Positions 20,525 through 28,857 of a stretch of 64,000 bases of DNA are shown here, in pieces; position 1 is the first letter of the stretch; each line of letters starts with the position of its first letter. A program made the translations under genes and the position numbers. The DNA lies in the NCBI GenBank assembly GCA_022601445.1, contig JAJACP010000003.1, positions 68,556 through 132,555 on the forward strand, given 5' to 3'. The notes beneath the pieces are model-generated. The model ran no database searches and was not told where the DNA came from. It saw only the letters and a list, made by a program, of their open reading frames with translations. This stretch comes from Chlamydiales bacterium (GTDB lineage Bacteria > Chlamydiota > Chlamydiia > Chlamydiales > JAAKFR01).

Positions 20525-21546
20525 CACTTGGGGAAACCATCAGTGCGATCAGGTCAGATGCTGAGCAAGATCTTTGTCTATGCACGCAAGCCAAAGAGGT
20601 CGAAGCGTTAAAGATTAAGTATCTGGGGAAGAAAGGACGTGTACAAGGGCTGATGCCTTTGCTTAAAGACGTTTCGGGCGATCAGCGTCCTCAGCTTGGA
20701 AAGTTGATCAACGATCTTAAAACCACGCTTGAGGAGCAGTTCACTTTTGCCCTTGAGCGTTTTGCATCAACAGAGTTAAATGCTCGGTTAAAAACTGAGT
20801 GGTTGGATGCAACCTTGCCGGGGCGTCGTCGTTTTCTCGGGCGTGAGCACGTCATTGTGAAGATGTTAGACGAAGCGTTAGAGATTTTATCGGGCATGGG
20901 CTTTTCTGTTCAATATGGGCCTGACATAGAATCAGATTTCTATAATTTTGAAGCTTTGAATTTTCCTAAGGATCATCCGGCTCGTGACATGCATGACACC
21001 TTTTACATTTCGGGTGACATGTTGTTGCGGACGCACACATCCAATACGCAAGTGCGTGTGATGGAGAGTAGTGCGCCACCTATTCGGATGGTAGCTCCAG
21101 GTAAAAGTTATCGCAACGAAGATGTTTCGGCCCGTTCCCACGTGTTGTTTCATCAGGTTGAAGGTTTGTACATCGACAAAAACGTTACCTTTGCAGATTT
21201 ATTGGCGACATTAGAAGAGTTTTTTGTTAAGCTTCTTCATCAAGAAATCAAGATGCGCTACCGTCCCAGCTATTTTCCTTTTGTGGAGCCTGGTGTAGAG
21301 ATTGACATTAGTTGCATTATGTGTGAACAAAAGGGGTGTTCGGTTTGCAAGCAGACCGGTTGGCTTGAAGTGGCTGGGGCTGGCATGGTGCATCCTGAGG
21401 TAATGAAGTCGGGAGGTTTGGATCCTGAGGAGTATTTGGGTTATGCGTGGGGTTTTGGGATTGAGCGTTTAGCGATGCTGCGGTATCGGATTCCGGACAT
21501 ACGGCTTTTTCAGGAGAATAATTTACGGTTTTTACAACAGTTTTAG
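20521..21546 (+). CDS. pheS: Phenylalanyl-tRNA synthetase alpha subunit
   Basis: [52 protein letters not shown]. Confidence 0.97.
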   Translation: MTLGETISAIRSDAEQDLCLCTQAKEVEALKIKYLGKKGRVQGLMPLLKDVSGDQRPQLGKLINDLKTTLEEQFTFALERFASTELNARLKTEWLDATLPGRRRFLGREHVIVKMLDEALEILSGMGFSVQYGPDIESDFYNFEALNFPKDHPARDMHDTFYISGDMLLRTHTSNTQVRVMESSAPPIRMVAPGKSYRNEDVSARSHVLFHQVEGLYIDKNVTFADLLATLEEFFVKLLHQEIKMRYRPSYFPFVEPGVEIDISCIMCEQKGCSVCKQTGWLEVAGAGMVHPEVMKSGGLDPEEYLGYAWGFGIERLAMLRYRIPDIRLFQENNLRFLQQF

Positions 21547-21549
21547 TAT

Positions 21550-21634
21550 GGAAGAGTGGCAGAGTGGCCGAATGCGCCTGTCTTGAAAACAGGAGTTGGG
21601 CAACCAACCGGGGGTTCGAATCCCTCCTCTTCCG
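21550..21634 (+). tRNA. tRNA-Ser(TGA)
   Basis: GGAAGAG/CTCTTCC acceptor stem, anticodon arm CCTGT-CTTGAAA-ACAGG, long variable arm, GGTTCGAATCC. Confidence 0.95.
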
Positions 21635-21638
21635 AAAT

Positions 21639-21670
21639 CAAAAAGGAGAAGCTCAAGCTTCTCCTTTTTG
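21639..21670 (+). terminator. Intrinsic terminator after tRNA-Ser
   Basis: Perfect 14-bp stem CAAAAAGGAGAAGC-TCAA-GCTTCTCCTTTTTG followed by a T-run. Confidence 0.85.
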
Positions 21671-21716
21671 TTTTTGGGAGAGAAGCGGAAGCGGCCGAGC
21701 TTTCGCGTGAAGGGAT

Positions 21717-21882
21717 TTAGACCCAGGAGGCTAAATGGCTCTGTCATCCATCTTTGTTGCAGCAACGTATCTGCTTCGTTTTTCTCCGCGGCAATGTCAC
21801 AAGACATTACCTTGTCGCTCACCTCGCATCTACAACACTGCAAAAAGCCGCTGCCACAGCCCTTTAGTCGCCTGGGTCTGAA
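21717..21882. repeat. ~165-bp imperfect palindromic element (MITE/RPE-like)
   Basis: Arm 21717-21774 (TTAGACCCAGGAGGCTAAATGGCT...TGCAGCAACGTATCTGC) pairs with 21826-21882 (GCATCTACAACACTGCA...CCTTTAGTCGCCTGGGTCTGAA); central AATGTC-ACAA-GACATT hairpin. Confidence 0.7.
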
Positions 21883-22100
21883 AGGTTGAAACTCGCGAGC
21901 GAGAGCGAGACGAGTAACCCCGCCCTGGAAGGGCGAATCCCTCCTCTTCCGTTTTTTCTTCGAAAAACCGTCATCGTCGGGACGCCTCGGTGCCCTACGG
22001 GCACTCTCGGACATTTCCCTTCTGAACGCTCCGCCGGAGCCTCCAGAAGTGTCCAATGTCCTCCTCTTCCGTTTTTGGCGGCATCTTTGTCCGATCTCTC
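21809..22100 (+). repeat. Direct repeat copy A (124-bp X segment and 45-bp Z segment) with two tRNA-Ser 3'-end copies
   Basis: 21809-21932 matches 23484-23607 and 22056-22100 matches 23608-23652. CGAATCCCTCCTCTTCCG at 21934-21951 equals tRNA bases 21617-21634; CCTCCTCTTCCG at 22060-22071. Confidence 0.85.
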
Positions 22101-22195
22101 CTCGGCTGTACCCCCCCCCAGCACTACCCTTGCCCTAGATCGAACAAATCTACTCACTAAAAAATATCATGGCATTTTTGAACTTTTATCGCATG

Positions 22196-23353
22196 CTAAG
22201 GACTATTAGAATTTTCAATTTCGTTTAGGTAATTTTCTAATCCTTTAACTGTAACTTTTTCTGAAAGTGAATAATTGCGATTCCCAGGGTAAATGACATG
22301 AAGATGCTCGATGGGCAAATCTTGCAAAATGCTGTGCATTGATTTTGTTATCTTGGGTGCGTCGGAAAACTTAAATTCAAAAGCAATGAACTTGCCCTGT
22401 TGATGAATCATAAGGTCAACTTCTGCCCCTGAATAGGTTGACCAAAAGTAGCAATCCTGGCTACGGACTTGATGGATACGGATAATTTCTTCGATTGCAA
22501 AGCCTTCCCAGGAGGCACCAAGCTTTGGATAGCGTAATAGTTCAGCGTGAGTGCGTAAGTTTAGAATAGAATGTAAGATACCGCTATCGCGCAGATAGAC
22601 TTTGGGAGCTTTAACTTGCCTCTTTTTTATACTTGCATGCCAAGGTTGTAATTGGCGAACCATGAATGTACCAGTCAAAAGATCCAGATAGCGGCGAATT
22701 GTCGTATCAGAGGCGCCAAATGAACGTCCCAGCTCTGAAGCATTAAAAATATTTCCATGGTAGTGCGCTAACATTGTCCAAAAACGGCGTAATGACTCAG
22801 GAGCAATTTTAATCCCTAAGTTAGGGATGTCCTGTTCTAAAAATGTGCGAATGTAGAAGTCTCTCCAATCGAAGCTGTCCTGCTCAGTTTCAGACAAGTA
22901 TGATAAGGGGAAACCCCCTCTATCCCACAGTTGTTGAAGATTATGTGTTTCACTAAAAGAAAAAGGGGTTAGTTCAAGATAGGCGATTCTTCCTGCCAAA
23001 GTTTCGGATGACTGCTTAATCAGGTCTCGAGAAGCACTACCAAGAATCAAGAATCGCTGCTTTAACTGATGATCATCAATGAGGACCCTTAAAACTGGAA
23101 ATAAGTCGGGTTTTCGTTGAATTTCGTCGATCACGATTAGACCCGACAAAGGACGAAGAGCCAGCATTGCATTATCTAATCTTTGCACGTCGATTGGATC
23201 TTCGAGGTCAAAGTAGTTTTCACGTGGAAAGTTATTTTTTAAATATTGTTTAGATAGCGTTGTTTTACCGCACTGGCGTGGTCCAAGAAGAGCCACAATG
23301 GAATGAGTCCGAAAATAACGCTCTATTTTCTCCAAAAAAAGTGATCTAAGCAT
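22196..23353 (-). CDS. AAA_14 + DUF4143-type ATPase with C-terminal PD-(D/E)XK-like domain, paralog 1
   Basis: GPRQCGKTT, IVIDEIQ, ILGSAS, ETLAGR, GGFP, KAPKVYLRDSG, EVDL...FEFK. Confidence 0.9.
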   Translation of the reverse strand: MLRSLFLEKIERYFRTHSIVALLGPRQCGKTTLSKQYLKNNFPRENYFDLEDPIDVQRLDNAMLALRPLSGLIVIDEIQRKPDLFPVLRVLIDDHQLKQRFLILGSASRDLIKQSSETLAGRIAYLELTPFSFSETHNLQQLWDRGGFPLSYLSETEQDSFDWRDFYIRTFLEQDIPNLGIKIAPESLRRFWTMLAHYHGNIFNASELGRSFGASDTTIRRYLDLLTGTFMVRQLQPWHASIKKRQVKAPKVYLRDSGILHSILNLRTHAELLRYPKLGASWEGFAIEEIIRIHQVRSQDCYFWSTYSGAEVDLMIHQQGKFIAFEFKFSDAPKITKSMHSILQDLPIEHLHVIYPGNRNYSLSEKVTVKGLENYLNEIENSNSP

Positions 23354-23356
23354 GAG

Positions 23357-23397
23357 ATCCTTGAAAATTCGGTATATGATACAGAATATTCAATGAT
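23357..23397. promoter_or_regulatory. Inverted repeat immediately upstream of ATPase paralog 1
   Basis: ATCCTTGAAAATTCGGTAT-ATG-ATACAGAATATTCAATGAT, 16/19 arm identity, 3 nt from the start codon. Confidence 0.6.
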
Positions 23398-23483
23398 TCA
23401 ATTTGTTTCAACAAAAAAAGACTTTAGTATCAATCAGGGCTCTAGAGCTTATGTCTTTGGGGATCAAATTTTTCAATGCTCCC

Positions 23484-23652
23484 ACCTTGTTGCTCACCTC
23501 GCATCTACATTGCTGCAAAAAGCCGCTGCCAGAGCTCTTTAATCTCCAGGGCATGAAAGGTTGAAACCCGCGAGCAAGAGCGAGACGAGTAACCCCGCCC
23601 TGGAAGGATGTCCTCCTCTTCCGTTTTTAGTGGCATCTTTGTCCGATCTCTC
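23484..23652 (+). repeat. Direct repeat copy B (X+Z) with a tRNA-Ser 3'-end core
   Basis: Diverged copy of 21809-21932 fused directly to a copy of 22056-22100; CCTCCTCTTCCG at 23612-23623. Confidence 0.85.
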
Positions 23653-23865
23653 GATAAAGTAACAATCTGCTGCGATCTACACCGTCCATATGCTATTTGG
23701 AACAAAACATGACGAAAAGTCTAGCTTTGCCTCATACTTCAGAATTACATAGCGCTTGTCGGGTTAGCAGACTAGAAATAATCGACAGAAGTAGACATAC
23801 CTCTGTTCTTGTATTGGGAAATACACACAAAATTCAGTTTAAGATGCTAATGCGAGGAAAAGATA

Positions 23866-24624
23866 ATGTTTCAGGAAATGGGAGGAAAAGTTGGTGTCAT
23901 TACAGGCGCAACTTCAGGCATCGGTCGTGAGTCTGCTCTATTGCTAGCTCAGCATGGAGTCAAAGTTGTGCTAGCAGGAAGAAATGAAGAGCGTGGCTCA
24001 GAGTTGCAAGATGAAATTTCTTCAAAGGGAGGAACTGCTCTGTTTGTGCCAACAGATGTTTCAAATTGTGCCTCTGTAAAAAATCTCATAGATACAGCGC
24101 AAAGTTCTTTTGGATCGATCCATTATGCGCTCAACAATGCAGGCACCGAAGGTCGCTTGGGTCCTATAAACGAAATGGAAGAAGAAGATTTTCATGAAGT
24201 GTTAAACACCAATTTAAAGGGAATATGGCTTTGCCTTAAGTTTCAGCTTCAAGCAATGGCTACTGAGGGTGGCTCCATTATCAATATTTCTACTAATTTA
24301 ACCCGGATGGCAATGCCAGGAACTGGCCTTTATACAGCCAGTAAAGCTGGAGTGGAAAGCTTAACAAAGATCGCTGCGATGGAATTCGCGGAACAGGGTA
24401 TCAGAGTCAATGCCATTAGCCCAGGTGCTGTGGATACGCCCATGATACGACGCATTTATCCAGAGGAAAGAGAGAGAAAAAGACTCGGTGCGACCAATCC
24501 CCAAAAGAGGATGGCGGATCCAAAAGAGATTGCCCAGGCTGCTCTTTGGCTATTTTCTCCGCTGTCTACTCACGTTAACGGAACTGTCATGTTCGTTGAT
24601 GGAGGAGGATCCCTTAGTAGCTAA
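23866..24624 (+). CDS. Short-chain dehydrogenase/reductase
   Basis: ITGATSGIG, NNAG, YTASK, IRVNAISPG. Confidence 0.93.
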   Translation: MFQEMGGKVGVITGATSGIGRESALLLAQHGVKVVLAGRNEERGSELQDEISSKGGTALFVPTDVSNCASVKNLIDTAQSSFGSIHYALNNAGTEGRLGPINEMEEEDFHEVLNTNLKGIWLCLKFQLQAMATEGGSIINISTNLTRMAMPGTGLYTASKAGVESLTKIAAMEFAEQGIRVNAISPGAVDTPMIRRIYPEERERKRLGATNPQKRMADPKEIAQAALWLFSPLSTHVNGTVMFVDGGGSLSS

Positions 24625-24674
24625 CGTGTATGTGTGTGCCTGGTCTCAAGTGAACCTTTTTGTGAGAACAAAAT

Positions 24675-25136
24675 ATGAAGCCCTATACTGCAGAAATTGT
24701 GGAGAATCTTCCAAAAAACATTGATGAGAAGATGAGAGCCGATCTCATCGCTTATGAAAAAAGCCATGGAATCGATTTCAACCATAAACGCTTTTCGATT
24801 ATTTTAAAAAATGATGCCGATGAAGCGGTGGGTGTTCTCAATGGATTTACAGTCTACGCCGAGGTGTACGTTGATGATCTTTGGGTAGACCAATCGTGCC
24901 GCAGGCAAGGTTTAGGGCGCCTGCTGCTGCAGCTCCTTGAAGAGCGCTTTAGAGGAAAGGGCTTCTATAACATCAATCTGGTCACCAGTGCCTTTCAAGC
25001 TCCAGTTTTTTATGAAAAATGCGGATTCAAGCGGGAGTTTGTAAGAGAAAACGTCCAAAACCCCAAGCTAGCCAAAACATTTTTTGTTAAGTATTTTGAT
25101 GAAGCACAAACGCAAGGCGTAGTTTCAGATTGTTAA
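24675..25136 (+). CDS. GNAT family acetyltransferase
   Basis: LWVDQSCRRQGLG, TSAFQAPVFYEKCGF. Confidence 0.9.
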   Translation: MKPYTAEIVENLPKNIDEKMRADLIAYEKSHGIDFNHKRFSIILKNDADEAVGVLNGFTVYAEVYVDDLWVDQSCRRQGLGRLLLQLLEERFRGKGFYNINLVTSAFQAPVFYEKCGFKREFVRENVQNPKLAKTFFVKYFDEAQTQGVVSDC

Positions 25137-25543
25137 GAGGCTCTCATCTGCTTCTCAAGGGTCCAGCTGTCAAGATAAGCCCAATATTCGATAACTTTTT
25201 CATTCTCAAGTCGATACATAGACATTCCTTGGTAAGTGATCGGCTTGCCCTGTGCTTCAATGCCGTTTAGCGCCTTTTGATGGGTGCCTGTGGCGCGCCA
25301 ATGGGAAACGACGATGTCGTTATCTTCCAACGTATGAAGCAAGGTTACATTGAGGTCAGGGATTGCCAAGATCCACTTTTGGATGGTCTCTGTCATCTCT
25401 TCACGCGATTTGAACTGCCCTAAAGGGCTGTGGATCCGAGTGGATTCTGAAAATACATTGGCAATCATGGCCAGATTTTTCTTGTTCCACACCTCTAGCA
25501 TGTATTTTTCAATGAGGCTCTTGTTCTTTGATTGGGATTCCAT
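25133..25543 (-). CDS. SnoaL-like (NTF2 fold) ester cyclase family protein
   Basis: EVWN, IPDL, W.ATGTH...GIEAQGK.I...G.S.YRL...KV.E.W. Confidence 0.85.
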   Translation of the reverse strand: MESQSKNKSLIEKYMLEVWNKKNLAMIANVFSESTRIHSPLGQFKSREEMTETIQKWILAIPDLNVTLLHTLEDNDIVVSHWRATGTHQKALNGIEAQGKPITYQGMSMYRLENEKVIEYWAYLDSWTLEKQMRAS

Positions 25544-25599
25544 TATGTCCTTGTAAAGAACGCGTGTTATGCGTATCTGTTGGTCTTAAAAGAGGACTC

Positions 25600-27651
25600 A
25601 TGATGACACGATACCGTTATTTATTACTAGCTCTATTCAGTATGGCAATGCCCATCCATGCTGCTACTACAATCGTTAAAAATGGCGAGACTTCAGGTCC
25701 AATTTTCCTTGGAGGAGACGATGACCGTATCTTAGTCGAGGCAGGAGGCGCCATTGAGTCGGCTGGGAACTTTGAGATTGGAGCCGAGCTTTTTGGAGCG
25801 AATGTGCTGGGGAGCAATAGCGGTTCCATCACCATGACAGGACAGGGTGCTGATGGAATGCGTGCTTCAGGGGAAGCAGCAGAAATTCTCAATATGGGTA
25901 ACATTACATTGACTAATGAGATTGCTACTGGAATGGCGTTGGGTGGAACAGATGTTAGAGGCAGCAACTCAGGTGTCATTACGGCCTTAGAGATTAATTC
26001 TGCGGGGATGTTAACTGAGGCTTCAGGTGGAATACTGATCAATAGCGGTGGGATCAATATGCTTGGAGACGATAGTGTTGGAATCCAAGATACTAACGCA
26101 TCCGCTAGCATGTTAATCGCCAATCATGGGGCGATTTTTACCACAGGGGAATCGGGGCATGGTGTTTCCATCAGAGGAAACAATCAAACTACGGTCAATA
26201 CAGGCTCGATTGTGACCACAAACACGCAGGCGGATGGAATTCGCTCCATTGTTGGAGTGAATCAAGTGGTCGATAATCGCGGCACAATTGTAACATTTGG
26301 AGATGGGGGAGATGCCATTTTGGTGTCGGGTACCAATCCAACAGGCCTCAATAGTGGAACGATCATCACCTCAGGCACAGAGGCTCATGGACTGCGATCG
26401 GGAGCTGCTAGTGCTATACTCGTAAACAGTGGTCTAGTTTCTGTATCAGGGCCTACAGCCGACGGTGTTTTTAGTGTAACTGCGGATAACGTACTGACCA
26501 ATAGTGGAACCATCCGCTCTTCAAATTTTGCGATCAATTTTTCTGGAACAGGTTCAACCGTTAATCTACTCCGAGGCTCGAATCTGCAAGGAGCGATACG
26601 CTCTGTGAACCCCCTCAATCTAAATGTAGAAACGGGATTGAACTTGGCTCTCACGATTCAGGGGGATTTTGCAGCACTCGGAATCGAGGCGCCGTTTGTG
26701 CAACTGGGGAGTGTGGTGGGCGTCGTGGATCCCACAGGGCTCTCTTTGCAAGCAGACGTGCTTGCCGATCTTTCTGACACCATCTTAGATGGTATTTACC
26801 GGTACCGAATCGGGAATTGTGGCCCCTCTTGTGGATGCGGGGCTTGGGTTCAGGGAATTGGAAGCGATCGAAAACGGAGCCATAACACTGGAGTCATTGG
26901 TTACCATAACTCTCAAGGGGGCTTTCTCATTGGATATGGAGGGAGTCAGCTGGGCCTCTTTGGGGGCGCTACGTTTGGAAGAGTGGAAGTCGATAGAAAG
27001 ACGCAAACAGCAGACATCAACACGTACTTGGGGGGAGTGACCTATGAGGGACGTTTTTGTGACAACTATGTGGGAGCAGCTCTTGCTCTTGGGTATGTCG
27101 ACTGGAGCAATGATCGTTATGTGATGAACAACCTTGCTCCTGGGGGCGTGGAAACAGCTAAGGCCTCAATTGATGGATTCTTCGTCTCTCCTGAGCTCAC
27201 GTTAGCGCGTCCATTTGGCTCTTTTTTCAGCAAACCCCTAATCTTGAGCGTTACTCTTCGCTACGCCGGTCTTTTCCTAGGAGACTATGAGGAGGAGGGA
27301 TCACTGACTAATTTCTCAGTCAAGGACCGTGAAGTAGATCTGCTTACAACCCGATTTGAAGCTGCCCTTCCCTTTGATCAGACGTGGACAGAGTGTTGTC
27401 GGAGCCTTGAGCCCTATGTTGGGCTCTTAGGTCGCTATCAAGTGGGTGGCACGCATATTCAAGGGGAACTTCTTGGACAGTCGCTGGAGTTTAGCCAGTG
27501 GGGACCTAACAACTTGGTTGCTTTTCTTTTGGGCTTTAGGGGAATTCAGTCGATCGGGTGCTTGGATGTGACTCTCAATCTAGAAGGAAGCTTTGATCAT
27601 GAGAGAGGTTCACGTATTCTCGGTGAGGGTGGTCTCGCTTGGCGCTTCTAA
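25600..27651 (+). CDS. Autotransporter with repetitive beta-helix passenger
   Basis: Signal peptide (RYRYLLLALFSMAMPIHA), ~10 NxGxI repeats, beta-barrel beginning near AWVQG and ending GLAWRF. Start at ATG 25600 after AGAGG. Confidence 0.85.
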   Translation: MMTRYRYLLLALFSMAMPIHAATTIVKNGETSGPIFLGGDDDRILVEAGGAIESAGNFEIGAELFGANVLGSNSGSITMTGQGADGMRASGEAAEILNMGNITLTNEIATGMALGGTDVRGSNSGVITALEINSAGMLTEASGGILINSGGINMLGDDSVGIQDTNASASMLIANHGAIFTTGESGHGVSIRGNNQTTVNTGSIVTTNTQADGIRSIVGVNQVVDNRGTIVTFGDGGDAILVSGTNPTGLNSGTIITSGTEAHGLRSGAASAILVNSGLVSVSGPTADGVFSVTADNVLTNSGTIRSSNFAINFSGTGSTVNLLRGSNLQGAIRSVNPLNLNVETGLNLALTIQGDFAALGIEAPFVQLGSVVGVVDPTGLSLQADVLADLSDTILDGIYRYRIGNCGPSCGCGAWVQGIGSDRKRSHNTGVIGYHNSQGGFLIGYGGSQLGLFGGATFGRVEVDRKTQTADINTYLGGVTYEGRFCDNYVGAALALGYVDWSNDRYVMNNLAPGGVETAKASIDGFFVSPELTLARPFGSFFSKPLILSVTLRYAGLFLGDYEEEGSLTNFSVKDREVDLLTTRFEAALPFDQTWTECCRSLEPYVGLLGRYQVGGTHIQGELLGQSLEFSQWGPNNLVAFLLGFRGIQSIGCLDVTLNLEGSFDHERGSRILGEGGLAWRF

Positions 27652-27661
27652 CTTTTAGTTC

Positions 27662-28798
27662 CTATACAAGCGAGAGTTGAGCGAGCCAGGGAATCGCCTG
27701 CTTGATTTGAAGTTTACTGGGCAAAGACTTGTCTCGCAAAAGATTTTTTACCACTTGAAGGTGTGCGGCATCGGGAAACAATTTGCTAAAGTGGGGAAAT
27801 CCTTTGGCGACATTACCGTTGCCCATCTTGACTTCGATCAAGTGTGTAGGGATTCCATCGAGGTTAACAAGAAAGTCAAGTTCTTGCCCATCCTTAGTTC
27901 TCAGGTAGTGGAGGGCTCCCTTGATTCCTTGTGTATCTTCTAGAAAATGCATTTCTTTTTTCAAAGCGTTTGCCACAATATTCTCTAACCGAGCCCCTTC
28001 ATCCTCTACTAGAGCGTGATCGTAGAAATAGAATTTGGGTTCTTTTTTCAGGGAGCGGTTCACATTTCGAGTATACGGGGTGACGCGGTGAATAATATAG
28101 AGATTTTCTAGAAGTTGCAGCCAGCGCTTGATGGTATTGGGATCACGCTCAAGGTCGCGGGCAAGATTGGCGTACGAAACTGTTGATCCCACTCTTTGAC
28201 TGAGCAGGAAAACAAGGGTTTGTACAGACTCAATATCTCGGACCGATGATAGGTCGATCAAATCCTGCCTTAGAATAATATCAATGTGACTCTGACGCCA
28301 ACGTTTGTAATAGGTTCGACTCCCTTCTAGAAAAGGCTCCGGAAATCCACTGCACTGCCATAGAGTTTCAAATCCTTCTTCTATACCGACATCCAAAAGC
28401 TGAGAGACTTCTTTTAGATCTAATGGATGCAAGCGGTATTGGAAGTAACGTCCTGCAAGCGAATCTCCCACTCTCTTGTGAATGTCTAGTTTGGCACTTC
28501 CGGTTACGACCATCTGGGGAGGAATCCCTTCGGTATCAAATACTCCTTTTAGCCAGCGTTTCCAGTTTTTCATCTTATGCAGTTCGTCAAAAATAACGAG
28601 CTGTTTCGATCGATCCCAATTCTTTTTTTGAATAGCTAATCGATCTTCGCTTGAATCGTAGTTAAAGTAGTCAAAACTATCATGAAGCTGTTTAGAAAGA
28701 GTGGTCTTCCCTGTCTGTCTTGGCCCACTAATTAAGACGATTTTTTTGGGCAGGTCCCTAAGAATAGAATTCTGTAGATTGCGTCTCATGCTGACCAT
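27662..28798 (-). CDS. AAA_14 + DUF4143-type ATPase-nuclease, paralog 2
   Basis: GPRQTGKTT, VIFDELH, VTGSA, DSLAGR, SGFPEP, KEPKFYFYD, ELDF...IEVK. Confidence 0.9.
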   Translation of the reverse strand: MVSMRRNLQNSILRDLPKKIVLISGPRQTGKTTLSKQLHDSFDYFNYDSSEDRLAIQKKNWDRSKQLVIFDELHKMKNWKRWLKGVFDTEGIPPQMVVTGSAKLDIHKRVGDSLAGRYFQYRLHPLDLKEVSQLLDVGIEEGFETLWQCSGFPEPFLEGSRTYYKRWRQSHIDIILRQDLIDLSSVRDIESVQTLVFLLSQRVGSTVSYANLARDLERDPNTIKRWLQLLENLYIIHRVTPYTRNVNRSLKKEPKFYFYDHALVEDEGARLENIVANALKKEMHFLEDTQGIKGALHYLRTKDGQELDFLVNLDGIPTHLIEVKMGNGNVAKGFPHFSKLFPDAAHLQVVKNLLRDKSLPSKLQIKQAIPWLAQLSLV

Positions 28799-28854
28799 TA
28801 TGACACGTATTCCGTAATAGTCAAGACTAAAACGGAATAGATGCCATAATGGTC
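28793..28854. promoter_or_regulatory. 30-bp-arm inverted repeat at the start of ATPase paralog 2
   Basis: GACCATTATGACACGTATTCCGTAATAGTC-AA-GACTAAAACGGAATAGATGCCATAATGGTC, 25/30 arm identity; contains TTGACT-N16-CATAAT on the minus strand. Confidence 0.75.
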
Positions 28855-28857
28855 GTT

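Noticed and set aside
21532-22209. Several overlapping ORFs (174, 97, 97 and 107 aa) across tRNA-Ser and the repeats
   Set aside because: They overlap a tRNA, a terminator and palindromic repeats, show no protein motifs, and are most likely chance open frames.
21617-23652. Possible CRISPR array or integron attC array
   Set aside because: The repeats are few, irregularly spaced and derived from the tRNA end. No cas genes or integron integrase are present, and I could not identify RYYYAAC/GTTRRRY ends.
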